From Gemmatimonadota bacterium (GTDB lineage Bacteria > Gemmatimonadota > Gemmatimonadetes > Palauibacterales > Palauibacteraceae): a stretch of 64,000 nucleotides of DNA. The notes beneath the pieces were generated by a model. That model was not told the DNA's origin. It worked only from the letters and a program-made list of their open reading frames with translations, and did no database searches. Positions 1-9,886 of the stretch are shown here, piece after piece; position 1 is the first letter of the stretch; each line of letters opens with the position of its first letter. The stretch spans positions 2,624,001-2,688,000 of the forward strand of contig OY762926.1 in assembly GCA_963666735.1 (NCBI GenBank), in the 5' to 3' direction. A program made the translations under genes and the position numbers.

Positions 1-2329
1 TCCGGACTCCCACCGCGTCGTATATCGCGTTCGCGATCGCCGGGAGCGACGGGTGGAGCGGACCCTCCCCCGCCTCCTTGGCGCCGTAGGGACCCTCTGG
101 ATCCACCGACTCGACGATGAGAGCCTCGAACTCCGGGCAGTCCATGGAGGTGGGGATCCGGTAGTCCAGGAGCGAGGGCGACGCGTGCAGGCCGCCCTCC
201 ACCGGCCCCTCGCGGAAGAGCTGCTCCTCGAAGATCGCCTCGGCGAATCCCATGTAGGCGGAGCCCTCGATCTGGCCTTCGACGAGCACCGGGTTGAGCG
301 CGCGGCCGCAGTCGTGCGCCACCCAGATGTTCTTCACGCCGACGACCCCCGTGTCCTCCTCGACCTCGACTTCCGCCACGTGCGCGGTGAAGGAGTAGGC
401 GGGCGACGATCCGATCGTGCCGCCGCGGTAATCTCCGTGCACATCCTTCGGCGTGTCGTAGGAGCCGGCGGCCCCGAGCAGGCCGAACTTCGCCTCGGCG
501 ATGTTGAAGGCCTCCGAGATGGGGAGGCGTCGGCCGGCGTCTTCCGGGGCCTCGGAGTCGAAGGCCCAGCCCCGCGCCAGACGCACCCGCGCGGGCGGCA
601 CGTCCCACTGCTCCGCGACGGCCTCCGTCACCTGCGCGCGCAGCGTGCGGCAGGCCTCGAGGCAGGCGTTCCCCACCATGACCGTCTCGCGCGACGAGTA
701 CGCGCCCAGGTCCACCGGCGTGAGGTCCGTGTCGGCGGAGAAGACGCGCACGTAGTCGAGCGGAACGCCGAGTTCCTCGCACGCGATGTAGGCCATGGTC
801 GAGTCGGACCCCTGTCCGATCTCCGAGGCGCCGTGCAGGATCGCCACCCGGCCGGAGCGCTCGACCTGGACCTGCACCGCGGCCTGGGGCATCTCGTTCG
901 GATAGATCGGGTAGTTCGTGCCGGAGATGTAGGAGGAGGCCGCCATCCCGAGGCCGCGACCCGCCGGCAGCCGCCGGTAGCGCTTCTTCCAGTCGCTGGC
1001 GCGTTCCACCGCTTCGAGGCACTCCAGGAAACCGTTGGACCGCACCCTGAACTCGTTCACCGTCCGACCCGTGCCCATGAAGTTGCGGCGGCGGAGTTCG
1101 AACGGGTCGAGGTCGAGCTTCTCGGCCATCTTGTCGAGCGAGATCTCGTACGCGAAGCGCGGCTGCACGGAGCCGTGGCCGCGCTTGGGGCCGCACGGGG
1201 CCACGTTCGTGTAGACCCGGGTCGAGTCGAAGCGGTAGGACTCGATGTGGCAGGGCGAGGTGAGAAGCTGTCCCGAGTAGTACGTCGTCACGAGACCGAA
1301 CGAGGCGTAGGCGCCGCCATCGAGGACCGTGTGCGCGTCGAGCGCCCTGAGCTTCCCGTCGCGCGAGGCGCCGAGCCGGTACTTCATGCGCATGGGGTGG
1401 CGGCCGCGGTGCGAGTAGAACAGTTCCTCGCGCGTGTAGAGGACCTTCACCGGACGGCCCGTCCGCATCGCGAGGAGCGCCACGCAGAACTCGAGATCGA
1501 ACGGCTCCGACTTGCCGCCGAAGGCCCCTCCCACCGCCGGCTGCGTGACCCGCACCTTCGCCACGTCGTGATCGAGTACCCGCGCCAGCTCCCGCTGCAG
1601 GTAGTGCGGGACCTGCGTCGAGGACCACACCTCGAGCACGCCATCCGGGCTGAGCCGTGAGATCGCGCAGTGAGGCTCGATCGGCGTGTGCGTCGTCCCG
1701 TGGAAGAAGTACTCCCCCTCGACGGTGACGTCCGCCTCCGCCATGCGCGCGTCCACATCCCCGAACTCGAGGTGGACGTGCTTGAGGATGTTGCCGTTCG
1801 CCCCCGGCTTGCGCGGCGCGTGGATGGGCTCCGCGGCGGCCTCGGGCGTCAGCGACTCCTCGGGTGAGAGATAGACGGGAAGCGGCTCGTACTCGACGTG
1901 GATCCGCTCGAGCGCCGCGTTCGCCGTGTCCTCGTCGACCGCCGCCACCGCGGCCACCGCGTCGCCGATGAAGCGCACCTTGTCGACGCAGAGCGCGTGC
2001 TCGTCGCGAGTCCAGGGGATGATCCCGTACGGCAGGGGCATGTCCCGTCCGGTGATGACGCCGTGCACGCCTTCGAGAGCCTCGGCCTCGGCCGTGTCGA
2101 TCGAGACGATGCGCGCGTGCGCTTCGGTGGAGCGGAGGATCTTCCCGTGCAGCATCCCCGGCAGGACGATGTCGTCCGTGTAGATCTCGCGGCCGGTCGA
2201 CTTGCGCAGCCCCTCGATCCGGCGCGCGCGGCGGCCCAACGCCGTGAACTCGGCGCCGGCCAATTCGGGAAGCCTCTCCGGGAATTCCGCGGCCTCAAGC
2301 TGCCGGGGCGTCAATTCGTGCGGGTGCAT
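1..2329 (-). CDS. Xanthine dehydrogenase-family molybdopterin-binding large subunit (HcrA/CoxL-like), runs off the left edge
   Basis: Translated by hand from ATG 2329 (absent from the ORF track because it has no stop in the window): MHPHELTPRQLEAAEF...KSTGREIYTDDIVLPGMLHGKILRSTEAHARI, GGAFGGK loop, C-terminal DPEGPYGAKEAGEGPLHPSLPAIANAIYDAVG. Confidence 0.92.
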   Translation of the reverse strand, partial: MHPHELTPRQLEAAEFPERLPELAGAEFTALGRRARRIEGLRKSTGREIYTDDIVLPGMLHGKILRSTEAHARIVSIDTAEAEALEGVHGVITGRDMPLPYGIIPWTRDEHALCVDKVRFIGDAVAAVAAVDEDTANAALERIHVEYEPLPVYLSPEESLTPEAAAEPIHAPRKPGANGNILKHVHLEFGDVDARMAEADVTVEGEYFFHGTTHTPIEPHCAISRLSPDGVLEVWSSTQVPHYLQRELARVLDHDVAKVRVTQPAVGGAFGGKSEPFDLEFCVALLAMRTGRPVKVLYTREELFYSHRGRHPMRMKYRLGASRDGKLRALDAHTVLDGGAYASFGLVTTYYSGQLLTSPCHIESYRFDSTRVYTNVAPCGPKRGHGSVQPRFAYEISLDKMAEKLDLDPFELRRRNFMGTGRTVNEFRVRSNGFLECLEAVERASDWKKRYRRLPAGRGLGMAASSYISGTNYPIYPNEMPQAAVQVQVERSGRVAILHGASEIGQGSDSTMAYIACEELGVPLDYVRVFSADTDLTPVDLGAYSSRETVMVGNACLEACRTLRAQVTEAVAEQWDVPPARVRLARGWAFDSEAPEDAGRRLPISEAFNIAEAKFGLLGAAGSYDTPKDVHGDYRGGTIGSSPAYSFTAHVAEVEVEEDTGVVGVKNIWVAHDCGRALNPVLVEGQIEGSAYMGFAEAIFEEQLFREGPVEGGLHASPSLLDYRIPTSMDCPEFEALIVESVDPEGPYGAKEAGEGPLHPSLPAIANAIYDAVGVR

Positions 2330-2400
2330 GCGTCCAATCTACGTCCCGGCCCCGGGCGGAGCATCAAGTGCTGACGAGATCCGGGTTCATCGCCCCCGGT

Positions 2401-3657
2401 TTACCGTTCCCCCTCCGGGGCCCGTCCCATCGCGCGAAGGAGGTCGTAGTAGTCGATCCAGGCGGCGGATCGCATGGACAGGGCGCTGAGCCGCGCGCTC
2501 CGGAAGGCGTTCGCCGCATCGAGCAACTCCAGTAACGACATTTCATTCTCCCGGTACGCCGCCGTCGCCGAGGCGAGCAACGCCTCGGCATCCGCCAACA
2601 GGCCATCCGCCGCGGCTGCGAGACGGCCTCGACTGGAAGTGTACCGGTCCGAGGTCGTCAGGAGATCGTTCTCCGCCATCCGTCTCCGGAGGTTGAGGCG
2701 ATGGGCGGCCGCGGCACTCCGGGCGTCGGCTTCCTCCCGGGCGCCCCCTCCCCGGTCGAAGAAAGGCAGGGGGAGATCGACCCCCAGGCTGACCCCCTCG
2801 AATCCATCCAACTGACTTCGATATCCGATACCGACGGTGGGGTTGGGTATCCAACGTGAGTTCGCAACGGAGAGCTCGGACTGCGCGGCGTCCAGATCCC
2901 GTAGCGCAGCCTCCAGGTCCGGCCGCTCGGGCAGGGCGCCGAGGGCGTCTTCCCGAGTCACCGGTGGCGGCACCCCTTCCAGCCCCGCCGACGGTCCGAT
3001 TTCCGCGTTGTCGGTCCCGGGAAGGATCAACGCGGCCAAGCGCCGGCGGGCGTCCCGCACCCGGAGTTCCGCCTCGGCCACATCCTGTTCGGCCTGCACT
3101 CGTTCCAGTCGCAGGCGTCGGGCCTCGTAGGCGGAAATATCTCCCTCTTCCAGACGGATTTCCGCGTCCTCGGCCACCTCCCGGATCACCGACGCGGCCC
3201 GCCGAACCGTGAGTTCCGCCGCCTCCGCAAACCAAGCCAGCGCCCAGGCCTCGCGAACCTCGAACGCGAGCTGAATCGAGTCCGCGCGGAAACGGGCCGC
3301 GCTCGCGCCGATCATGTGGGCGGCCGCGCGGTAACGGGCGGCCGTCCGGCCGGGCCATTCCAGGGGTTGAGAGAGGACGAGGTTGTCTTCCCGGTACTCG
3401 TCCGCACCACGGTCGAGAGCGTCGCGCCGGACCGAGAGCGACGGGTTGAACCACGCACGAGACTGGCGCGCGGCTCCCGCGATCCCGGCGGCCTCGGAGC
3501 GCGCGAGCCGGAGCGCCAGGCTGTTTTCCGCGAACGCCTCGAGGGCCGCCGCGAGCGAGACCCGGCGGACGCCTTCCTGACCGAAAGCTGCGTGCGGCAG
3601 AAGGAGCAGAACGAAAAGGGCGCCAAGCCCCAGGAGCGCGATGTAGCGGATGTTCAA
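2401..3657 (-). CDS. TolC/CzcC-type outer-membrane efflux protein
   Basis: TTG start after GAGGAA, signal peptide (LLLLPHAAFG), OEP repeats, GVDLPLPFFDRG, AYRENEMSLLELLDA. Confidence 0.88.
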   Translation of the reverse strand: MNIRYIALLGLGALFVLLLLPHAAFGQEGVRRVSLAAALEAFAENSLALRLARSEAAGIAGAARQSRAWFNPSLSVRRDALDRGADEYREDNLVLSQPLEWPGRTAARYRAAAHMIGASAARFRADSIQLAFEVREAWALAWFAEAAELTVRRAASVIREVAEDAEIRLEEGDISAYEARRLRLERVQAEQDVAEAELRVRDARRRLAALILPGTDNAEIGPSAGLEGVPPPVTREDALGALPERPDLEAALRDLDAAQSELSVANSRWIPNPTVGIGYRSQLDGFEGVSLGVDLPLPFFDRGGGAREEADARSAAAAHRLNLRRRMAENDLLTTSDRYTSSRGRLAAAADGLLADAEALLASATAAYRENEMSLLELLDAANAFRSARLSALSMRSAAWIDYYDLLRAMGRAPEGER

Positions 3658-3769
3658 TTCCTCGTCGCGATAGCCCGGATCGGGTTTCACGGGGTTTCGA
3701 CGCGGTCGGCGGCGTACCCGGATCTCACGGCCAACCTCACCGATCGCCGCACCGCGCAGCAAGTGCGGC

Positions 3770-3791
3770 CCCGCGTGAAGCCCGCGTGAAG
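3770..3791 (-). promoter_or_regulatory. Perfect 11-bp tandem direct repeat (CTTCACGCGGG)x2 upstream of the TolC gene; candidate winged-helix response-regulator site
   Basis: cccgcgtgaag at 3770-3780 and 3781-3791. Confidence 0.45.
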
Positions 3792-3964
3792 AGTGACCCC
3801 GCGCCACGGTTTCGGTAAGCCGGGCGACGGCCCGAAGCGCCGTCCGGGACCAGCAAGCGCGCAAGCACCCGGATCGCGCGTCGGAGGCGGATCCTACTTT
3901 CGGCGGTGACAGCACGTTCGGGGATGTCGTCCGCGCCGGACCCCTCACCCGTGCCTGCTGGGGG

Positions 3965-5320
3965 TCACCTTCCGGTAAAGACGCCCAGCACGTCGGTGAG
4001 GAGCCACCAGGTGCCGACGGCGAGGATGGCGGCGGGGATGACGAAGCGGAGCCAGTAGTAGAGCCACATCGGGGGCACGCCCCGCGTCCGGGGCCGGTCC
4101 CCGCCCGCCGCGAGCTGCCGAAGGACTTCGGAGCGGTCGAGCGCCCACCCCACCGCGACGACGGAGAGCAGCGCGCCGAGCGTCTGGAAGCCGGAGCCGA
4201 AGGTCAGGTCCCACGGCGTGAAGACGCTCATGTTGATCATCGGGGGGAAAGCGAACACGAACACCGCGCCGGTCGTGAGGGTCACGGCGCGCGAGCGGTC
4301 GAGGCGCGTGTTGTCGGTGACGCCGGCCACGAGCACCTCGAGCGCCGCCACGTCCGAGAGGTAGGCGCCGCCGAACAGCGCCAGGAAGAAGAGCGTTCCG
4401 AACACGGCGCCGGCGGGGATGCGCGCGAACACCTCGGGAAGCGTCGCGAACAGGAGGCCGGGGCCGCTCCCCGGTTCGAGTCCAAAGGCGAACACGGCGG
4501 GGAAGATGACGAGGCCGGCGAGGAGCCCGGCGCACAGGTCGCCGCCCGCCGTGAAGACGGCGTTGCCGCGCAGGGGATCGTCCCGGTTCAGGTAGGAGCC
4601 GTACACGACCATGAACGTGCCGCCCAGCGAGAGGCTGAAGATGGCCTGCCCGAGCGCGCCGAGCATGACCGGCGGCGTGAGCGCCCCCGGGTCGAACGCG
4701 CCCAGGTACCATCGGAGCCCCTCGCCCGCCCCCGGCAGCGTGAGCGAACGGACGATGAGGATCACCAGCCCCGCGAGAAGGGCCGGGACGATGAAGCGGC
4801 TGGCCTTCTCGATCCCGCCCCGGAGGCCGCGGCGCAGCACGGCGGCGCAGGTGAGGAGGACGGCGCCGGTGCAGACGCACTGCAGGAGGAGGGAGCGCGG
4901 CGAGAAGCCCTCCTCCGGCGGCAGGATCGCGGCTGCGTCGATCTCGATGCCGACGCCGGAGAGCAGCCCGGCCAAGGCGTGGTACAGCACCCAGCCGAGC
5001 GCGTTCGAGTAGTAGCCGGTGGCCGCGGTCACGCCGGCGAAGAAGATCCAGCCGAGAGCCCGGCCGAAGGGGAGGCCGGCCGACTCGAACGCGCCGGCCG
5101 GGCCGCGGCGGGTGTGCCGGCCCAGCGTCCATTCGGCCATGAGCGCGGGCACGCCGATCAGCACCACGGCCAGGACGTAGAAGGCCACGAAGGGCGCCCC
5201 GCCGAACTCGCCGACCATGTACGGGAAGCGCCACACGTTCCCGAGACCGACGGCGACGCCGATCATCGTGGCCACGAGCCCGAAGCGGGAGCCGAACGTC
5301 TCGCGTCTGTCTCGTTCCAT
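3965..5320 (-). CDS. Sodium-dependent transporter, NSS/SNF family
   Basis: GVAVGLGNVWRFPY, GGAPF, QAIFSLSLG, GPGLLF motifs; many TM helices. Confidence 0.93.
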   Translation of the reverse strand: MERDRRETFGSRFGLVATMIGVAVGLGNVWRFPYMVGEFGGAPFVAFYVLAVVLIGVPALMAEWTLGRHTRRGPAGAFESAGLPFGRALGWIFFAGVTAATGYYSNALGWVLYHALAGLLSGVGIEIDAAAILPPEEGFSPRSLLLQCVCTGAVLLTCAAVLRRGLRGGIEKASRFIVPALLAGLVILIVRSLTLPGAGEGLRWYLGAFDPGALTPPVMLGALGQAIFSLSLGGTFMVVYGSYLNRDDPLRGNAVFTAGGDLCAGLLAGLVIFPAVFAFGLEPGSGPGLLFATLPEVFARIPAGAVFGTLFFLALFGGAYLSDVAALEVLVAGVTDNTRLDRSRAVTLTTGAVFVFAFPPMINMSVFTPWDLTFGSGFQTLGALLSVVAVGWALDRSEVLRQLAAGGDRPRTRGVPPMWLYYWLRFVIPAAILAVGTWWLLTDVLGVFTGR

Positions 5321-5441
5321 GCTCGACCTCTAGCTTGGCGGGTCGCATGTCGCCGCCGGCGCCCGGCGCCCCGGTGGACTCGCCCCTCGCTGACGGGCGA
5401 AACCTTGGGGGAGGGGCCGGCCGAGAGAAAGGGACGCCAGC

Positions 5442-6569
5442 GTGAAAGCTCCCTGGTTCCGCCGCTATCTGCTGCCGGGGCTCGTCTTCCAGTCGGCCGT
5501 CATCGCGGGCGGATACGGCACGGGACGGGAGAACGTCGAGTTCTTCCTCTTGATCGGCCCCACGCCCGGGCTCGCGGCCATGGCCCTCTCGACGGCGATC
5601 TGGAGCGCGGTGTGCGCCGTCACGTTCGAACTCGCGCGCCAGTACCGCAGTTACGAGTACCGCAACTTCTTCAAGCGTCTGCTCGGGCCGTCCTGGGTGC
5701 TGTTCGAGGTCACGTACGTGTTGCTGACGCTGCTCGTGCTGGCCGTCATCGGGGCGGCGGCGGGCTCGATCGTGGACGAGACGTTCGGGCTCCCGTACGC
5801 GCTGGGCGTGATCGTGGCGCTGGGGGCGGTCGCGCTGCTCCTCTTCTACGGCAGCGCGGCGATCGAGCGCTTCTTCGCGGGCTGGTCGTTCGCGCTCTAC
5901 GCCGTGTTCGTGGCGCTCGTCGTGTGGTCGCTGGTGCGCTTCGGGTCCACGCTCGGCCCGAGCTTTGCCGCCAGCAGCCTCAACGGTGACTGGCTCGTGA
6001 AGGGGGTGCAGTACGGAGGCTACAACCTCTCCGCCGCCGCCGTGGCGCTGTTCACCGTGCGCCACATCCAGACCCGGAAGCAGGCCGTGTGGGCCGGCCT
6101 GCTGGCCGGCGTCATCGGGATGCTGCCCGCCCTCTTCTTCTACCTCGCGATGGTGCCGCACTACCCGGCCATCGTCGACGCGACCGTCCCCTCGAACTTC
6201 ATCCTCGAGGCGCTCGGGTCGAGGACGTTCCAGATCGCCTACCAGATCATCCTTTTCGGCACCCTGATCGAGACCGGGACGGGGATGATCCACGCCGTGA
6301 ACGAACGGCTCGCGGCCACCCGGCGCGAGCGGGGCACCGCGATGCCGGGTTGGGCCAGACCCGCGGTCGCGGCGGTCTTCCTCGGCGTCGCGCTGTCGCT
6401 CACCCCTCTCGGCCTCATCGACCTCATCCGGCAGGGATACGGGACGATCACCTGGGGGTTCATCGTCTACTACGTCCTGCCCGTCCTCACCATCGGCGCG
6501 TGGCTCGCGTTCCGGAAGCGGGGAAGAGCGGGAACCGCCGGGTTACCCGGAGGGAGTGACGGGCCGTGA
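5442..6569 (+). CDS. YkvI-like membrane protein (putative amino-acid transporter)
   Basis: FQSAVIAGGYGTGRENVEFF N-terminal motif, about 10 TM segments. Confidence 0.82.
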   Translation: MKAPWFRRYLLPGLVFQSAVIAGGYGTGRENVEFFLLIGPTPGLAAMALSTAIWSAVCAVTFELARQYRSYEYRNFFKRLLGPSWVLFEVTYVLLTLLVLAVIGAAAGSIVDETFGLPYALGVIVALGAVALLLFYGSAAIERFFAGWSFALYAVFVALVVWSLVRFGSTLGPSFAASSLNGDWLVKGVQYGGYNLSAAAVALFTVRHIQTRKQAVWAGLLAGVIGMLPALFFYLAMVPHYPAIVDATVPSNFILEALGSRTFQIAYQIILFGTLIETGTGMIHAVNERLAATRRERGTAMPGWARPAVAAVFLGVALSLTPLGLIDLIRQGYGTITWGFIVYYVLPVLTIGAWLAFRKRGRAGTAGLPGGSDGP

Positions 6570-7822
6570 ACACGCGCGCCATCCTCATCGGCCTCGCCCT
6601 CGGGCTGGGACTCGGGATCGCCGCCTCCGTCACCGGCTCTCCCGCGCTCCTGTGGACGGCCGAGGCCGTCGAACCGTTCGGGCAGGTCTTCCTGCGCGCG
6701 ATTCAGATGGTCGTGATTCCGCTCGTGGCCGCGGTCGTGTTCGTCGGCGTGGGGCGGATCGGGAGCCTCCGCAAGCTGGGGCGCATCGGCGGCCTCTCGG
6801 TCGGCTTCTTCTGGATCACGACGCTGCCGGCGATCCTCATCGGGATGGGCGTAATGGGCTTCGCGCTCACCTTCACCGCGCCGGTGCCGCCCCCGACCCC
6901 GACGACGGACCTGAACACGGCGACGCCGGGCATCATCGACTTCCTCGTGAACCTCGTGCCGAGGAACCCGGTACAGGCGGCGGCGGACGGATCGCTGCTC
7001 TCGATCCTCATCTTCGTCGTCCTCCTCGCGGCGGCCACGACGACGCTCCCGCGGGAGAAGCGGGAGTTGCTCACCGGATTCGCGGAGACGGCCGGCGACG
7101 CGCTCATCAAGCTCATGACCTGGGTGCTGTGGACGGCCCCGGTGGGCGTGTTCGGTCTCGCCGCGCCGGTGACCGCGCGCACGGGGCTGGCGATGCTGCA
7201 GAACCTCGGCGTCTTCATCCTCGCCGTGGTCGTGGGCCTCTTCATCCTGAAGGGTCTCGTCCTGCTGCCGATGGTCCGCTTCGCCGGTGGCATGCGGGCG
7301 GGGCGGTTCATCCGCGGCACGGTGGGCACGTACACGGTGGGCTTCACCACGACGACGTCGGTGGGCACGCTGCCGATGATGCTGCGGGAGGCGGAGAAGC
7401 TGGAACTGCGCCGGGACGGCTACACGCTGATCCTCCCGCTGGCGGCCTCGATCAACCGCCCGGGGAGCGCCCTCTTCCAGAGCGCTTCGCTGGTCTTCCT
7501 CGCCGCCATGTACGGGGTTCCGCTCGATGCGGGGCTGATCGCCGCGGCGGTCCTCGCGATCTTCCTCGCCGCCATGACGGTGGCGCCGGTGCCGAGCGCG
7601 AGCATCGTGTCGATGGTGCCCGCACTCGATGTGGTGGGCGTGCCCCTGGCCGGACTCGGGATCCTGCTCGGCATCGACCGCGTGCCCGATGTCTTCCGCT
7701 CGGCGGCGAACGTCATCGGCCACATGGCCGCCGCCACGACCGTCGATGCGATGACGCGAAACGATGGAGGGACGGAGGCGCCCGAGAAGACTGGCGGGAA
7801 TTCACCGGAGGATCCGCCTTGA
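6566..7822 (+). CDS. Dicarboxylate/amino acid:cation symporter (DAACS)
   Basis: FLRAIQMVVIPL, FTTTTSVGTLP, LPLAASIN, GIDRVPDVFRSAANV; GTGA overlap with upstream gene. Confidence 0.93.
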   Translation: MNTRAILIGLALGLGLGIAASVTGSPALLWTAEAVEPFGQVFLRAIQMVVIPLVAAVVFVGVGRIGSLRKLGRIGGLSVGFFWITTLPAILIGMGVMGFALTFTAPVPPPTPTTDLNTATPGIIDFLVNLVPRNPVQAAADGSLLSILIFVVLLAAATTTLPREKRELLTGFAETAGDALIKLMTWVLWTAPVGVFGLAAPVTARTGLAMLQNLGVFILAVVVGLFILKGLVLLPMVRFAGGMRAGRFIRGTVGTYTVGFTTTTSVGTLPMMLREAEKLELRRDGYTLILPLAASINRPGSALFQSASLVFLAAMYGVPLDAGLIAAAVLAIFLAAMTVAPVPSASIVSMVPALDVVGVPLAGLGILLGIDRVPDVFRSAANVIGHMAAATTVDAMTRNDGGTEAPEKTGGNSPEDPP

Positions 7823-7909
7823 GGATTCGATGGTTACACCGAACTCGGAGGGTAGGCCGAAGCTAAGCGGCGAACCTCTTCTCATCGATGCAGGGGAGTG
7901 GGAACTCGG

Positions 7910-8326
7910 ATGGATCGGATAACGCCGGAAACGCGGAGCCGGGTCATGAGCCGTATCCGCGCGAAGGATACGTCTCCGGAGATAGCTGTCCGGCGTTACC
8001 TGCACGCACGAGGATTACGCTTCCGGCTGCACCGCCACGACCTTCCTGGGCGACCGGATCTCGTGCTTCCAAGGTACGCCACCGTCGTGCAAGTCTACGG
8101 CTGCTTCTGGCATCAACACGCCGACCCGAATTGCGGAGATGCCCATCATCCGCGAAGCAATCGAAAGTATTGGATACCGAAGCTGGAGCGTACTCGACGT
8201 CGAGACCGCCGGAACCAGGCTGCACTGGAGGCGATGGGCTGGAACGTGGAGATCATTTGGGCCTGCGAGATTTCCGAAGACCGGCTGCTGCAGCTGGTGG
8301 ATTCGCTTCGTCGGCGCATCGCGTAG
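7910..8326 (+). CDS. vsr: Very-short-patch-repair endonuclease
   Basis: MDRITPETRSRVMSRIRAKDTSPE, LPGRPDLV, GCFWHQH, YWIPKLERTRRRD. Confidence 0.95.
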   Translation: MDRITPETRSRVMSRIRAKDTSPEIAVRRYLHARGLRFRLHRHDLPGRPDLVLPRYATVVQVYGCFWHQHADPNCGDAHHPRSNRKYWIPKLERTRRRDRRNQAALEAMGWNVEIIWACEISEDRLLQLVDSLRRRIA

Positions 8327-8472
8327 CCCACGGCGCTTATCGGTGCTTGGCCGCCAACCACCCACTCCGATGTTCCCGCGCCGCCTCCCATCCCCCCATT
8401 ACGGTGTTGCGATTGCACCCCGTAACCTCTATCTTGGCACCAACCCGTATGAAACCCGAACATCGGCTCTAG

Positions 8473-9654
8473 ATGACACAACCTGAATTCGTCACCGTTG
8501 ACCTGTTTGCGGGAGCTGGGGGGCTCTCCCTTGGCTTCCACGACGCCGGTTTCCGCCCGCTTCTGGGTTCCGACCTCGACGCGGATGCCGCGCGTACGTT
8601 TCGGCACAGTTTTCCCGAGACCGATTTCGCCGAAACGAGAATCGAAGATCTCGACGCAACCGAGATTCTACATGCAACCGGGTGCAGGCGAGGCGAGCTT
8701 GACGTATTGCTCGGCGGTCCACCCTGCCAAGCGTTCAGCGTTTACAATCACCAGCGGGGCTTTCACGACGAACGGTCAGGTTTGTTCCGCGAGTATCTGC
8801 GAATCGTCAAGGGGTTGATGCCGCGCGCGCTGGTCATCGAGAACGTCGTAGGCATGAGCTCTCTAGGGAACGGACGGGCCATCCGGGAAATTCACCGCGA
8901 ACTCGAACTGCTAGGCTTCACGGTTGAGCATCAGATCCTGAAGTCGGAGGAATTCGGTGTCCCCCAGGAGCGCCGAAGGATTTTCTTCCTCGCGTCGCGC
9001 GACGGCCCCGTCGTATGGCCGGAGCCGACTCACGGCAGTCGCGGGAACCTCTTCAGCCAACAGGTGGTGCCCTTCGTGAGCGTTGAAGAGGCGATCTCCG
9101 ACCTGCCCCCGCTCGGCATCGGCGACGGCATCGAGGAACGCGTACCCTATCCGTGTCCGCCGAAAAGCAGCTATCAACGTCGGATGCGCGAGGATTCCCC
9201 CGGGGTCACGAATCACGTCTCCGCCGCCTTGGCGGACATCAATCGGAGACGCATGGCATACATTCCGCAGGGCGGAAGTTGGCGAGATATCCCCTTCGAC
9301 CTGTTGCCTGCGGGGATGCAACGCGCCCGGCGCTGCGATCACACCAAGCGTTACGGACGGCTTCACCCTTCTGGGCTTGCCAGCACGATTCTGACGAAAT
9401 GCGACCTTCACTGGGGGGCTTACATCCATCCCACCCAAGACCGGACCCTCACGGTTCGAGAGGCGGCAAGATTCCAGTCTTTCCCGGACCGAATCAGGTT
9501 CAGCGGTTCTCGCGTCGAGCAGTACCGTCAGGTGGGGAACGCCGTACCGCCACTCTTGGCCAAGGCCGTCGCTGAAGCGGTGAGGAGAATGCTCACTGCG
9601 GGCGCGGCAGCACCGCGACGGGCAGCGGCGCATGTGTCATCACCCGCCGCCTGA
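8473..9654 (+). CDS. dcm: DNA (cytosine-5) methyltransferase
   Basis: Motifs DLFAGAGG, GGPPCQAFS, ENV, QERRRIF, LTVREAARFQSFPD, YRQVGNAVPP. Confidence 0.95.
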   Translation: MTQPEFVTVDLFAGAGGLSLGFHDAGFRPLLGSDLDADAARTFRHSFPETDFAETRIEDLDATEILHATGCRRGELDVLLGGPPCQAFSVYNHQRGFHDERSGLFREYLRIVKGLMPRALVIENVVGMSSLGNGRAIREIHRELELLGFTVEHQILKSEEFGVPQERRRIFFLASRDGPVVWPEPTHGSRGNLFSQQVVPFVSVEEAISDLPPLGIGDGIEERVPYPCPPKSSYQRRMREDSPGVTNHVSAALADINRRRMAYIPQGGSWRDIPFDLLPAGMQRARRCDHTKRYGRLHPSGLASTILTKCDLHWGAYIHPTQDRTLTVREAARFQSFPDRIRFSGSRVEQYRQVGNAVPPLLAKAVAEAVRRMLTAGAAAPRRAAAHVSSPAA

Positions 9655-9886
9655 CGCAAGCTGATCGGCAGGCCAGCCCAAGGCACGGCCACCGGCTGGA
9701 TAATCCTAACGGCCCGAGGATGTTGCCAGCCTCACGTTCGCTGGGCTTCTGCTCGACCCGAGAAAGCTCGGCTGGGCTCGTCTAGCTTGCCATCGACGCA
9801 TGCTTGATGCAGATATTGGCGTAGCTGAAGAACCTGCACGACCCTTGGATTCCCAAACCCATGAGCCCTCGACACCGACAATTCGA

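Noticed and set aside
53..1660. Long + strand ORF (535 aa) and the many other long antisense ORFs (e.g. 20898-23237, 39641-42415, 52776-55088, 61360-63645)
   Set aside because: Shadow frames of real genes in high-GC DNA; Arg/Pro/Gly-rich with no motifs.
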